32,000 nucleotides of DNA from Halalkalibacterium halodurans (GTDB lineage Bacteria > Bacillota > Bacilli > Bacillales > Bacillaceae_D). Below are positions 19,459 to 27,473 of the stretch, one piece after another (the stretch's first letter is position 1; every line of letters starts with the position of its first letter). The stretch is taken from contig NZ_SNUY01000018.1 in the NCBI RefSeq assembly GCF_004376175.1, forward strand, positions 1-32,000, given 5' to 3'. The notes under the pieces are model-generated. The model did not search any database, was not told the origin of the DNA, and worked only from the letters and a program-made list of their open reading frames with translations. The translations under genes were made by a program, and so were the position numbers.

Positions 19459-20130
19459 ATGATAGAAGAACGTCTGAAGCACTATTTAGAAAAACAAATA
19501 CCTGCACGGGATCAGTATATTGAGCAAATGGAGCGAGAGGCCCACGAGCAGCAAGTGCCGATCATGGATTTACTTGGGATGGAGTCCCTTTTACATCTAT
19601 TAAAAATGGCCGCACCGGCACGGATTCTTGAAATTGGTACAGCGATCGGTTATTCTGCGATCCGCATGGCGCAAGCTTTGCCAGAAGCAACGATCGTATC
19701 CATTGAACGAGATGAACGGCGGTATGAAGAAGCGCATAAGCATGTGAAGGCTTTAGGACTCGAGTCAAGAATCGAATTGTTGTTTGGCGATGCGTTGCAG
19801 TTAGGTGAAAAACTTGAATTATATCCCCTTTTTGATGTATTATTTATTGATGCTGCAAAAGGTCAGTACCGCCGCTTTTTTGACATGTACAGTCCTATGG
19901 TTCGTCCTGGGGGCCTTATTTTATCAGATAATGTGTTGTTTCGCGGTCTTGTCGCTGAGACAGACATTGAACATAAGCGTCACAAGCAATTAGCAACAAA
20001 AATTGATACCTATAACCAATGGCTGTTAGAACATCCTCAATACGACACGAGGATTTTCCCTGTTGGTGATGGGATAGCGATTAGCATAAAGAGAGAAACG
20101 AAAGGGGATACGGACGATGAAAAAGCCTGA
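19459..20130 (+). CDS. trmR: SAM-dependent O-methyltransferase (YrrM/TrmR, tRNA 5-hydroxyuridine methyltransferase)
   Basis: Class I MTase motif ILEIGTAIGYSAIRMA and LFIDAAK. RBS aagggagtgg precedes the ATG at 19459. The longer track ORF starts inside the mltG terminator. Confidence 0.8.
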   Translation: MIEERLKHYLEKQIPARDQYIEQMEREAHEQQVPIMDLLGMESLLHLLKMAAPARILEIGTAIGYSAIRMAQALPEATIVSIERDERRYEEAHKHVKALGLESRIELLFGDALQLGEKLELYPLFDVLFIDAAKGQYRRFFDMYSPMVRPGGLILSDNVLFRGLVAETDIEHKRHKQLATKIDTYNQWLLEHPQYDTRIFPVGDGIAISIKRETKGDTDDEKA

Positions 20131-21046
20131 GCTACTCGTCACACCTACTGATGTGGCTGCAGTTGAGCCGCTCGTGAAGGCGGGAGCAGATGCCATTCTC
20201 ATTGGAGAGCAACGGTACGGCCTGCGCCTTGCGGGAGAATTTACGAAGCAGGATGTGCAAAAGGCAACCGTCATTGCTCAAGAGTTAGGGGCAAAAGTGT
20301 ATGTCGCGATGAATGCTATTTTTCATAATGAGAAAGTGGACATGCTTGCTGAGTATGTTCGTTTCTTACGGGATACAGGGATAGATGGGATTGTCTTCGG
20401 TGATCCTGCAGTCCTCATGACCGTGCGAGAAGTTGCCCCTAATATGAAGCTCCACTGGAACACGGAAACGACTGCTACGAATTGGTATACGGCTAATTAT
20501 TGGGGACGTAAGGGGGCCAAACGGGCCGTGCTTGCCCGTGAAATAAGCATGGATGCCATTGTAGAGATTAAAGAGCATGCAGAAGTGGAAATTGAAGTGC
20601 AAGTGCATGGTATGACAGCGATGTTCCAATCGAAACGGAAGCTTGTCGGCAACTACATGGAGTTCCAAGGGAAAAACTTAGAAGTGGAAAATCGCGATAA
20701 AAAACGTAACATGTTTTTGTACGACCCTGAACGAGAAGCGAAATATCCTATTTTTGAAGACGAAAATGGCACCCATATTATGAGTCCGAACGACATCTGT
20801 ATTATTGACGAGCTAGAGGATATGATCGATGCTGGGATTGACAGCTTTAAGATTGACGGGATTTTGAAAACGACGGAATATATGGAGAAAGTAACCTCTC
20901 TTTATCGACAGGCGATCGATTTATGTGCAGACGATCGGGAGGCATATGAAGAGAAGAAGGAAGATTTTATAGAGGAAATCGAAGCGATCCAACCGGTGAA
21001 CCGATCGATTGATACAGGTTTCTTCTTTAAAGAAACCGTTTATTAA
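20117..21046 (+). CDS. yrrN: Peptidase U32-family protein (YrrN/TrhP1-type)
   Basis: PELL.P......V......GADA...G, SRE motifs, and E.QVHG of the U32 family. 14-nt overlap with trmR. Confidence 0.85.
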   Translation: MKKPELLVTPTDVAAVEPLVKAGADAILIGEQRYGLRLAGEFTKQDVQKATVIAQELGAKVYVAMNAIFHNEKVDMLAEYVRFLRDTGIDGIVFGDPAVLMTVREVAPNMKLHWNTETTATNWYTANYWGRKGAKRAVLAREISMDAIVEIKEHAEVEIEVQVHGMTAMFQSKRKLVGNYMEFQGKNLEVENRDKKRNMFLYDPEREAKYPIFEDENGTHIMSPNDICIIDELEDMIDAGIDSFKIDGILKTTEYMEKVTSLYRQAIDLCADDREAYEEKKEDFIEEIEAIQPVNRSIDTGFFFKETVY

Positions 21047-21061
21047 AGGAGGGAAGAAAAC

Positions 21062-22324
21062 ATGCAAGCAATCGCGACAAAAACAGCAGAGGGGAAGCGG
21101 GTCATTACGAAGAAGCCAGAGCTTCTAGCTCCTGCTGGGAGTTTGGAAAAGTTAAAAGTTGCGATCCATTATGGAGCGGATGCTGTCTATATCGGGGGCC
21201 AAGAGTTTGGTCTTCGCTCCAATGCGGACAACTTTTCGATCGAAGAGATGCGTGAAGGCGTGGAATTTGCTAATAAATATGGGGCTAAAGTATATGTGAC
21301 GACGAACATTTACGCTCATAACGAAAACATGGATGGTTTGGAGGAATATCTCTCGGCCTTGCAGGAGGTCGGTGTGACAGGTATTATCGTAGCAGACCCG
21401 CTCATTATCGAAACATGTAAACGAGTCGCACCAAAGGTAGAAGTTCATTTAAGTACACAGCAGTCCTTGAGCAATTGGCTAGCGGTGAAGTTTTGGAAAG
21501 AAGAAGGTTTACACCGTGTCGTGCTTGCCCGTGAAGTGGGACTTGAAGAAATGCTCGAAATGAAAAAACATGTGGACATCGAAATCGAAACATTCGTCCA
21601 TGGCGCCATGTGTATATCCTATTCGGGACGCTGTGTATTAAGTAACCATATGACAGCCCGTGACTCGAACCGTGGAGGATGCTGTCAATCCTGTCGGTGG
21701 GATTATGATCTATACGAGCAACAAGATTCAGCGGAAATACCGTTATTTGCTGAGGGCGATGTACCATACACGATGAGTCCGAAAGATTTAAACTTAATTC
21801 AAGCGATCCCACAGCTTATTGAAGCAGGAATTGACAGCTTAAAAGTGGAGGGGCGCATGAAATCCATTCATTATGTCGCCACTGTCACGAGCGTGTATCG
21901 TAAAGTGATTGATGCGTACTGCAGCGATCCAGATAACTTTAAAATTAAACGTGAGTGGTTAGAAGAGCTTGAAAAATGTGCGAACCGTGATTTCGCACCG
22001 CAATTCTTTGAAGGAACACCAACCTACAAAGAACAGATGTATGGAATTCATCCAAAACGGACAAAGTATGATTTCGTTGGCCTTGTCTTAGACTACAACG
22101 AAAAAACAGGGATCGTCACCCTGCAGCAGAGAAACCATTTCAAACAGGGAGATGAAGTGGAATTCTTTGGACCTGAGATCAATCGGTTCACCCAAACAGT
22201 GGAGAAAATTTGGGATGAAGATGGAAATGAACTGGATGCCGCTCGTCATCCGTTACAAATTGTAAAATTTAAAGTGGATCAAAAAGTGTATCCGCAAAAC
22301 ATGATGCGTAAAGAGGTACGATAA
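21062..22324 (+). CDS. yrrO: Peptidase U32-family protein (YrrO/TrhP2-type)
   Basis: [44 protein letters not shown] and cysteine-rich GGCCQSCRW motifs. RBS aaaggaggg. Confidence 0.85.
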   Translation: MQAIATKTAEGKRVITKKPELLAPAGSLEKLKVAIHYGADAVYIGGQEFGLRSNADNFSIEEMREGVEFANKYGAKVYVTTNIYAHNENMDGLEEYLSALQEVGVTGIIVADPLIIETCKRVAPKVEVHLSTQQSLSNWLAVKFWKEEGLHRVVLAREVGLEEMLEMKKHVDIEIETFVHGAMCISYSGRCVLSNHMTARDSNRGGCCQSCRWDYDLYEQQDSAEIPLFAEGDVPYTMSPKDLNLIQAIPQLIEAGIDSLKVEGRMKSIHYVATVTSVYRKVIDAYCSDPDNFKIKREWLEELEKCANRDFAPQFFEGTPTYKEQMYGIHPKRTKYDFVGLVLDYNEKTGIVTLQQRNHFKQGDEVEFFGPEINRFTQTVEKIWDEDGNELDAARHPLQIVKFKVDQKVYPQNMMRKEVR

Positions 22325-22959
22325 TGGGGAAAAGACCAATCATCATCGGCGTAGCCGGAGGGACTGGCTCTGGAAAAACAACCGTAGCGAAGGAAATATT
22401 TTATCAATTTAATGAAAAATCGATCGTATTAATTGAGCAAGATGCATATTATAAAGATCAATCACAGTTAAGTTTTGAAGAACGCTTGCAGACGAACTAT
22501 GACCATCCTCTTGCATTTGACAATGATTTGTTAATTGAACATCTGCATAGCTTATTAAATGGTCAATCGATTGAAAAGCCAGTATATGACTACAAGCTGC
22601 ATACACGTTCAAATGAAGTGATCCTAGTGGAACCGAAAGACGTGATCATTCTTGAGGGGATCTTACTACTTGAAGATGAACGGTTACGCGAGCTAATGGA
22701 CATTAAACTGTTTGTTGATACAGATGCAGATATCCGCATCATTCGCCGAATGGTGCGCGATATTCGTGAGCGTGGGCGAACGTTGGAATCGGTCATCGAA
22801 CAGTATACAAAGGTGGTCCGGCCAATGCATATGCAATTTATCGAACCGACAAAGCGTTATGCAGATGTAATCATCCCTGAAGGGGGACAAAATCGGGTAG
22901 CCATTGATTTAATGGTGACAAAAATTCGCGCAATTATTGAAGAAAAAGCCGTTTTATAA
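22324..22959 (+). CDS. udk: Uridine kinase
   Basis: P-loop [21 protein letters not shown] and RRM.RD..ERGR motifs. 1-nt overlap (TAATG) with yrrO. Confidence 0.93.
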   Translation: MGKRPIIIGVAGGTGSGKTTVAKEIFYQFNEKSIVLIEQDAYYKDQSQLSFEERLQTNYDHPLAFDNDLLIEHLHSLLNGQSIEKPVYDYKLHTRSNEVILVEPKDVIILEGILLLEDERLRELMDIKLFVDTDADIRIIRRMVRDIRERGRTLESVIEQYTKVVRPMHMQFIEPTKRYADVIIPEGGQNRVAIDLMVTKIRAIIEEKAVL

Positions 22960-22970
22960 TAGCATAGAGG

Positions 22971-23002
22971 GAAGCGAGGGTGAATCACCCCTTGCTTCTT
23001 TT
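22971..23002 (+). terminator. Rho-independent terminator after udk
   Basis: Stem gaagcgagggtg / caccccttgcttc with one bulge, then tttt. Confidence 0.65.
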
Positions 23003-23123
23003 CTACATAAGCTCCTTGTATAAGGGGTAAATAAAGGATTTCAGCAATGATTGTAGAAGTAACTTAAGAAGATTTATGAATGTGAATCTGTTTATTTTGT
23101 AAGGAATTGAGGAGTGAAAGGAC

Positions 23124-23600
23124 ATGGCAGAAGAAAAAAAGCATTACATGACACTTGAAGGGAAGAAAAAGCTAGAGGAAGAATTGGAATATTTAAAAAC
23201 GGAACGACGTAAAGAAGTCGTTGAACGTATAAAAATCGCTCGTAGCTTTGGCGACCTTTCCGAAAACTCAGAGTACGACTCCGCGAAAGAAGAGCAAGCT
23301 TTTGTTGAAGGGCGTATTTCACAAATTGAGAAAATGATTCGCAATGCTGAGATTATTGAAGAAAGTGAAGGGGATGCAAACGTTGTATCCTTAGGGAAAA
23401 CCGTTAAGTTTGTAGAAATCCCTGACGGTGAGGAAGAAGAGTATACGATCGTTGGAAGTGCAGAATCAGACCCGTTTGAGGGAAAAATCTCCAATGACTC
23501 ACCGATGGCACAAAGTCTCCTTGGTCATACGATTGATGACGTTGTAATCGTCAATACTCCAGGCGGGGAAATGGAAGTAAAAATCTTAGAAATTCGATAA
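23124..23600 (+). CDS. greA: Transcription elongation factor GreA
   Basis: LT.EG...L..EL.YL....R.E....[23 protein letters not shown] coiled-coil domain plus a C-terminal FKBP-like domain. Confidence 0.95.
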   Translation: MAEEKKHYMTLEGKKKLEEELEYLKTERRKEVVERIKIARSFGDLSENSEYDSAKEEQAFVEGRISQIEKMIRNAEIIEESEGDANVVSLGKTVKFVEIPDGEEEEYTIVGSAESDPFEGKISNDSPMAQSLLGHTIDDVVIVNTPGGEMEVKILEIR

Positions 23601-23609
23601 CGTGAAGAG

Positions 23610-23638
23610 GAGGCGTTGCACAAGTGACGTCTCTTTTT
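23610..23638 (+). terminator. Probable terminator after greA
   Basis: 7-bp stem gaggcgt / acgtctc (one G-U pair), 10-nt loop, then ttttt. Confidence 0.5.
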
Positions 23639-23787
23639 CGTGGGATAAAGGAAAGAATAAGTCTCATGTATAAGCGAGTTTTCTTTCAGTTTGTTAAAAG
23701 TTGATCAAAAAGACGGATTCGCTTCCCGACTTAAAGGTTGTTATAATAAAAGAGAAGCTTGACTGACGGATATGGGGGAGTGAGGAA

Positions 23788-24339
23788 ATGCCACGATCTC
23801 GATTAGAAGCACGCAAAAAACGCAGAGTAAACACGTTTTTAAATGTAGCCATTGGTATTGTGGCATTGCTAATTATCTACTACACTGCCCAGCTTTTCAT
23901 CAACCCAGGGGCAGACGAAACAACAGCAGATGTAGAAGAGACGAACGAACAAGAACAGAATGGAGCGAATTCTGATTCTGCAACTGACGGAGATTCAAAC
24001 GATCCAGACGGTCAAGAGGTGGAGGAGCAAGAAGAAGAGACGGTCGAAGCTGGAGTGGAGGATGGAGAATGGGAGCCAATTGGTACTCAACAAACAGGAG
24101 AGTTTTCACATGACTTCACAAGAGGTAGCGTAAACTGGAACGAAATGGTGCGGGCTATTGAGTATGCGACAGGGTTAAGCGGGGACGAGTATATCTTGGA
24201 ACGACTCGAAAATGGTGGCACAGCGACAACCGCTAGAGGAATTGTCAGCCTTAAAGGTGATCGAGCTACTCAATACCAAGTGACGATTGAATTTATTGAA
24301 GGAGAAGGCTGGATGCCGATTGAACTAATTGAACCTTAG
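23788..24339 (+). CDS. yrrS: YrrS-like membrane-anchored protein (DUF1510-type C-terminal domain)
   Basis: Basic N-terminus, one TM helix (LNVAIGIVALLIIYY), a D/E/Q-rich linker and a conserved C-terminal globular part. Syntenic position between greA and mtnN. Confidence 0.7.
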   Translation: MPRSRLEARKKRRVNTFLNVAIGIVALLIIYYTAQLFINPGADETTADVEETNEQEQNGANSDSATDGDSNDPDGQEVEEQEEETVEAGVEDGEWEPIGTQQTGEFSHDFTRGSVNWNEMVRAIEYATGLSGDEYILERLENGGTATTARGIVSLKGDRATQYQVTIEFIEGEGWMPIELIEP

Positions 24340-24341
24340 GG

Positions 24342-24380
24342 AATAACCGATCTCTTAAGATGGAGATCGGTTATTTTTTC
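24342..24380. terminator. Strong hairpin terminator shared by convergent yrrS and the small - strand ORF
   Basis: 13-bp perfect stem aataaccgatctc / gagatcggttatt, then ttttt on the + strand. Overlaps the stop of the - strand ORF. Confidence 0.75.
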
Positions 24381-24580
24381 GCTCTAAAGTGAACGGTAGC
24401 TGTATAAACAGGCTGTGAGGTCTTTGGGTCCAAATGGACATAATGGTGGACATTTGCTACTTCAAGTAGCAGCGCTTGGTTATGTTCAATTTGCTCGTTC
24501 ATTGCTTTTTCCAATGCTTTAAAATCTCTCGCTTCGAAGCATTCGACTTTATCTTGAATCATCTCTAGTTTTAGTTCCAT
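24371..24580 (-). CDS. Small conserved hypothetical protein (possibly YrzA/DUF2536-like), 69 aa
   Basis: RBS aaggagg lies 9 nt before the second ATG (24580); the first ATG (24589) directly abuts the SD. Family assignment is from memory of synteny only. Confidence 0.5.
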   Translation of the reverse strand: MELKLEMIQDKVECFEARDFKALEKAMNEQIEHNQALLLEVANVHHYVHLDPKTSQPVYTATVHFRAKK

Positions 24581-24714
24581 GACATTCATCCTCCTTGAAC
24601 GATTCTAACGTTTCTTACTATAGCAGAAAACCGATACACGAGAAAGAAACTCGTGCGTTTCTCGTAGAGGGTGTGTATACTTATCAATGGATGTTTAGAA
24701 AAGAGGTGTAGAGG

Positions 24715-25410
24715 ATGACAAAAATAGGGATCATTGGTGCGATGGACGAAGAAGTAGAGCTTTTAAAAAGCAAACTAAGCAATTGTTCAGAGCGAACGAT
24801 CGCCGAATGTGAATTTTATACAGGAACGATTGAAGGAAAGGAGATCGTTCTCCTTAAATCGGGGATTGGAAAGGTCAATGCAGCGATAGGGACTACATTG
24901 CTTATTCAGCTATTTCAACCGACGGCTATTATTAACACAGGGTCTGCAGGTGGATTAGATTCTTCACTCCATGTTGGTGACTTAGCGATCTCAACCGAGG
25001 TTCGTTACAATGACGTGGATGCAACTGTATTTGGTTACGAGTTTGGACAAGTTCCACAAATGCCCGCTTTTTATCAACCGGATGACATGTTAATTGATAT
25101 CGCGATAGAAGCAGCAAAAACCGTCGGTATTCCATCAAAGAAAGGGCTTATTCTCTCAGGCGATTCGTTCATGAGTGATGCGGCCCTTGTGGAGCAATTA
25201 AAAAGACGGTTTAACTACCCGCTATGCTCAGAGATGGAGGCTGGTGCTATCGCTCAAGTGTGTCATCGCTTTGGCGTGCCGTTTGTAATCATTCGATCGC
25301 TCTCGGATATTGCAGGAGCAGAAGCGAAAGTTTCTTACGATGAATTCCTAGAAACGGCTTCAGTGAACTCTGCTAACCTTGTTCTAGCAATAGTCGGGCG
25401 ATTGGGATAA
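24715..25410 (+). CDS. mtnN: 5'-methylthioadenosine/S-adenosylhomocysteine nucleosidase
   Basis: [28 protein letters not shown] and RS.SD.A motifs. RBS aagaggtg. Confidence 0.92.
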   Translation: MTKIGIIGAMDEEVELLKSKLSNCSERTIAECEFYTGTIEGKEIVLLKSGIGKVNAAIGTTLLIQLFQPTAIINTGSAGGLDSSLHVGDLAISTEVRYNDVDATVFGYEFGQVPQMPAFYQPDDMLIDIAIEAAKTVGIPSKKGLILSGDSFMSDAALVEQLKRRFNYPLCSEMEAGAIAQVCHRFGVPFVIIRSLSDIAGAEAKVSYDEFLETASVNSANLVLAIVGRLG

Positions 25411-25490
25411 TCTCACTCCATTGCTGACAATTGCTTCCCCTTTTAAGGCATAGATGATGTTATACTAGTCTCGTCTGGAGGGGAAAACGG

Positions 25491-25736
25491 ATGGAAGAAA
25501 AAAAGATTGTTGAATTGGAGAAACAAGTAGAAGACTATCGACAGTTCAGTTTTGTTCTACTTTCGTTGAGTATCTTTTTGTTTATCGGGCTAGTCCTCCC
25601 ACCAAGCTATGCACCTCAAGTGGCGGCAGAATGGCTGATTGCAGGTATAGGGGGAGCGTTAACATTCGCTTGGCTCTTTAATCGAAAAGTCGTTCAATGT
25701 CAACAAAAACTGTTTGAAGAAGAAGATCAACAATAA
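25491..25736 (+). CDS. Small membrane protein, two predicted helices, 81 aa
   Basis: RBS ggagggg lies 7 nt before the ATG. Two hydrophobic segments. A terminator follows. Confidence 0.5.
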   Translation: MEEKKIVELEKQVEDYRQFSFVLLSLSIFLFIGLVLPPSYAPQVAAEWLIAGIGGALTFAWLFNRKVVQCQQKLFEEEDQQ

Positions 25737-25739
25737 CAT

Positions 25740-25771
25740 GCCAACCTCAGAATGAACGAGGTTGGCTTTTC
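25740..25771. terminator. Hairpin terminator between the small membrane gene and the convergent Nudix gene
   Basis: Perfect 9-bp stem gccaacctc / gaggttggc, 9-nt loop, then tttt. Confidence 0.75.
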
Positions 25772-26452
25772 TTAAGATGGTTTGAGAATCGTAATGACGT
25801 GCCGAAGAATTTTCGCAGTTAGTCCCCAAATGACATACGATTGATAGTAATAAAAGGATTCGGTGATTTGACGTGTACTTTTTTGATAGGCGCTTTGATT
25901 GGCAATTCGCTCAATGGGAAACCCTGCTCCAGGCTCGAAATGAACATTTATCCGATATTGTTCAGGAGGGTGACTGATAAAATGGTCAATGGGAACCGTG
26001 AAAACGTGGTCTACCTCCGCTTGATTCAATGGATAATCGTTCTTGTGCGGAATAGAGCCTATGACTGGATAAATTATCCCTCTGAATGGTGTGACTAGCA
26101 CATCTAATGAAGTAATCGGTGCGATGACTGACGAAGGAATTCCAAGTTCCTCGCTCGTTTCGCGGATCGCAGCTTCTTCAGGTGAAGCATCCTCAGGATC
26201 AATGCGTCCTCCAGGGAAGCAAATTTCTCCCGGCTGTTGCTTTAACGTGTGTGCCCTTACTTCAAATAAAACATGCACCCCGTCGTCTTTTTCAACAAGG
26301 GGAATGAAGACGGCAGACTTTTTGACGTACTCCTCCCCAAGAATACCAGCATGATAGCTTAACAATTGGGATTTCAGCTGTTGTAGAGAATGCAATACGA
26401 AGTCCTCCTCACGTTTTCCACTAGCAAATCTCTCCTCCTTTGAGTATAACAT
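25772..26452 (-). CDS. Nudix hydrolase, CoA pyrophosphatase type
   Basis: Nudix box GGRIDPEDASPEEAAIRETSEELGI, preceded by VLFEVRAHTLKQQPGEICFPGG (NudL/Nudt7-type signature). The ATG at 26452 has no SD. An in-frame TTG at 26395 has gaggagga 7 nt upstream and may be the true start. Confidence 0.8.
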   Translation of the reverse strand: MLYSKEERFASGKREEDFVLHSLQQLKSQLLSYHAGILGEEYVKKSAVFIPLVEKDDGVHVLFEVRAHTLKQQPGEICFPGGRIDPEDASPEEAAIRETSEELGIPSSVIAPITSLDVLVTPFRGIIYPVIGSIPHKNDYPLNQAEVDHVFTVPIDHFISHPPEQYRINVHFEPGAGFPIERIANQSAYQKSTRQITESFYYYQSYVIWGLTAKILRHVITILKPS

Positions 26453-26578
26453 ACCGTATTTAAGAAAAACTGTGATATTATCTAACGAAAATGCTGAAAC
26501 ATCAAGAGAGGTTGGGTATTCTAGAATCAGGAACGGTCACTGACCTAGCTCCAATTGTTCTCTCTACTCTCCCCCATG

Positions 26579-26611
26579 GACTATCCGCAATCCGCGGATA
26601 GTCATTTTTTT
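26579..26611 (+). terminator. Orphan + strand rho-independent terminator with no annotated gene upstream
   Basis: Perfect 10-bp stem gactatccgc / gcggatagtc, 5-nt loop, then a-ttttttt. Only about 125 nt separate it from the divergent Nudix start. Confidence 0.6.
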
Positions 26612-26625
26612 ACTTTAAGGCGTCA
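26612..26625 (+). repeat. End-motif copy S0 (actttaaggcgtca)
   Basis: Direct repeat of 29940-29955 actttatatggcgtca. The 13 shared bases are identical; the two copies differ by a 2-nt indel and one substitution. Confidence 0.55.
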
Positions 26626-26630
26626 ATTGC

Positions 26631-26653
26631 TCTTTCATTATATCGATTAAACC
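26631..26653 (+). repeat. End-motif copy S1 (tctttcattatatcgattaaacc)
   Basis: The core tcattatatcg (26635-26645) is a perfect 11-bp inverted repeat of 26772-26782, with flanking similarity (..aacc / ggtt..). Confidence 0.65.
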
Positions 26654-26763
26654 ATCCTAATTTTGTAAATGTGTAGCTCGGAAATACATATTGCCTTCAT
26701 CTGAGAGACATAGTGTTTAAGCTGATCTAAATATTCCGAAAGTTGATGCTAATGCCTGGCCGA

Positions 26764-26785
26764 AGGTTGACCGATATAATGACCA
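26764..26785 (-). repeat. End-motif copy S2 (reverse complement ggtcattatatcggtcaacc); candidate left terminal repeat overlapping the promoter
   Basis: Contains cgatataatga (inverted copy of S1) and gatataatgacc (26773-26784), a perfect 12-bp inverted copy of 26881-26892. Begins with TG at 26768. Confidence 0.65.
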
Positions 26786-26795
26786 GAAGTATAAA
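26767..26795 (+). promoter_or_regulatory. Candidate promoter of the transposon operon
   Basis: ttgacc (26767-26772), 17 nt, then tataaa (26790-26795). The -35 box and spacer are covered by end-motif S2, which would allow autoregulation. Confidence 0.5.
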
Positions 26796-26827
26796 ATCTG
26801 GAGAAAGGAAAAGACGTCCCCCATAAA

Positions 26828-26853
26828 TGTGAAACTACGCCAACAGTTTCACA
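26828..26853 (+). promoter_or_regulatory. Perfect 9-bp hairpin covering the GTG start of the first transposon ORF
   Basis: tgtgaaact - acgccaac - agtttcaca. Flanked by two agacgtcc boxes (26812-26819 and 26856-26863), each containing the palindrome gacgtc. Confidence 0.5.
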
Positions 26854-27437
26854 GGAGACGTCCACCCCAAAAAAGATTATGGTCATTATATCAAATTATT
26901 CCTTGGTTGAGAAGCAATCTGGCGTTTTTTGTTAGAAGTACGGAACGAATCCCCTGCCCTTGTTGTGGAGGAACACTTTCAGTGGCAGGAAGCCGGAAAC
27001 GTGCATGGTATAAAAGCAGTGGCGAGCGCTCCAGGCTTGTGATTCGAAGGCTATATTGTGAGGCATGCGATAAGATTCATCATGAACTCCCTGATATTCT
27101 TGTGCCTTATAAAAGGTATGATGCGGAGAGTATAGAAGGTACCGTTTCTACACCACCACGTACAGAGGCAGCGGTGGATGAAGCAACCATCTTTCGATGG
27201 AAGAACTGGTTTCAGGTGTGGGTGGCGTATGCCATCGGCTGCCTCCGGTCTATCGCGATACGTTTTGATCTGCCTGTGGAGGAATTGTCCGAATCTCCAC
27301 AAACCGTACTTCACTCCCTGGGACAATATGTAGGTATGGAGGAGGGATGGCTGAAGAGAGCTGTCCGTTCCATGACAAATTTAAATCTTTGGGTCACAGA
27401 CCCGTTCCGCATTTCTGGCCGGACTGCTCTGGAGTAA
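26829..27437 (+). CDS. Zinc-ribbon protein, DUF6431-like (transposon accessory protein)
   Basis: CPCCGG-x29-CEAC cysteine pairs, then IHHELPDILVPYKRY, which I recall as the DUF6431 signature. First gene of the operon. The GTG start has no convincing SD, so the start is uncertain. Confidence 0.65.
   Translation: MKLRQQFHRRRPPQKRLWSLYQIIPWLRSNLAFFVRSTERIPCPCCGGTLSVAGSRKRAWYKSSGERSRLVIRRLYCEACDKIHHELPDILVPYKRYDAESIEGTVSTPPRTEAAVDEATIFRWKNWFQVWVAYAIGCLRSIAIRFDLPVEELSESPQTVLHSLGQYVGMEEGWLKRAVRSMTNLNLWVTDPFRISGRTALE
26881..26892 (+). repeat. End-motif copy S5 (ggtcattatatc) inside the first ORF
   Basis: Perfect 12-bp inverted repeat of 26773-26784. Its last 10 nt (26883-26892, tcattatatc) are a direct copy of S1 positions 26635-26644. 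Confidence 0.6.
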
Positions 27438-27473
27438 ACTCATGCTATACCAATGAATGGGAGGCATGAGAAG

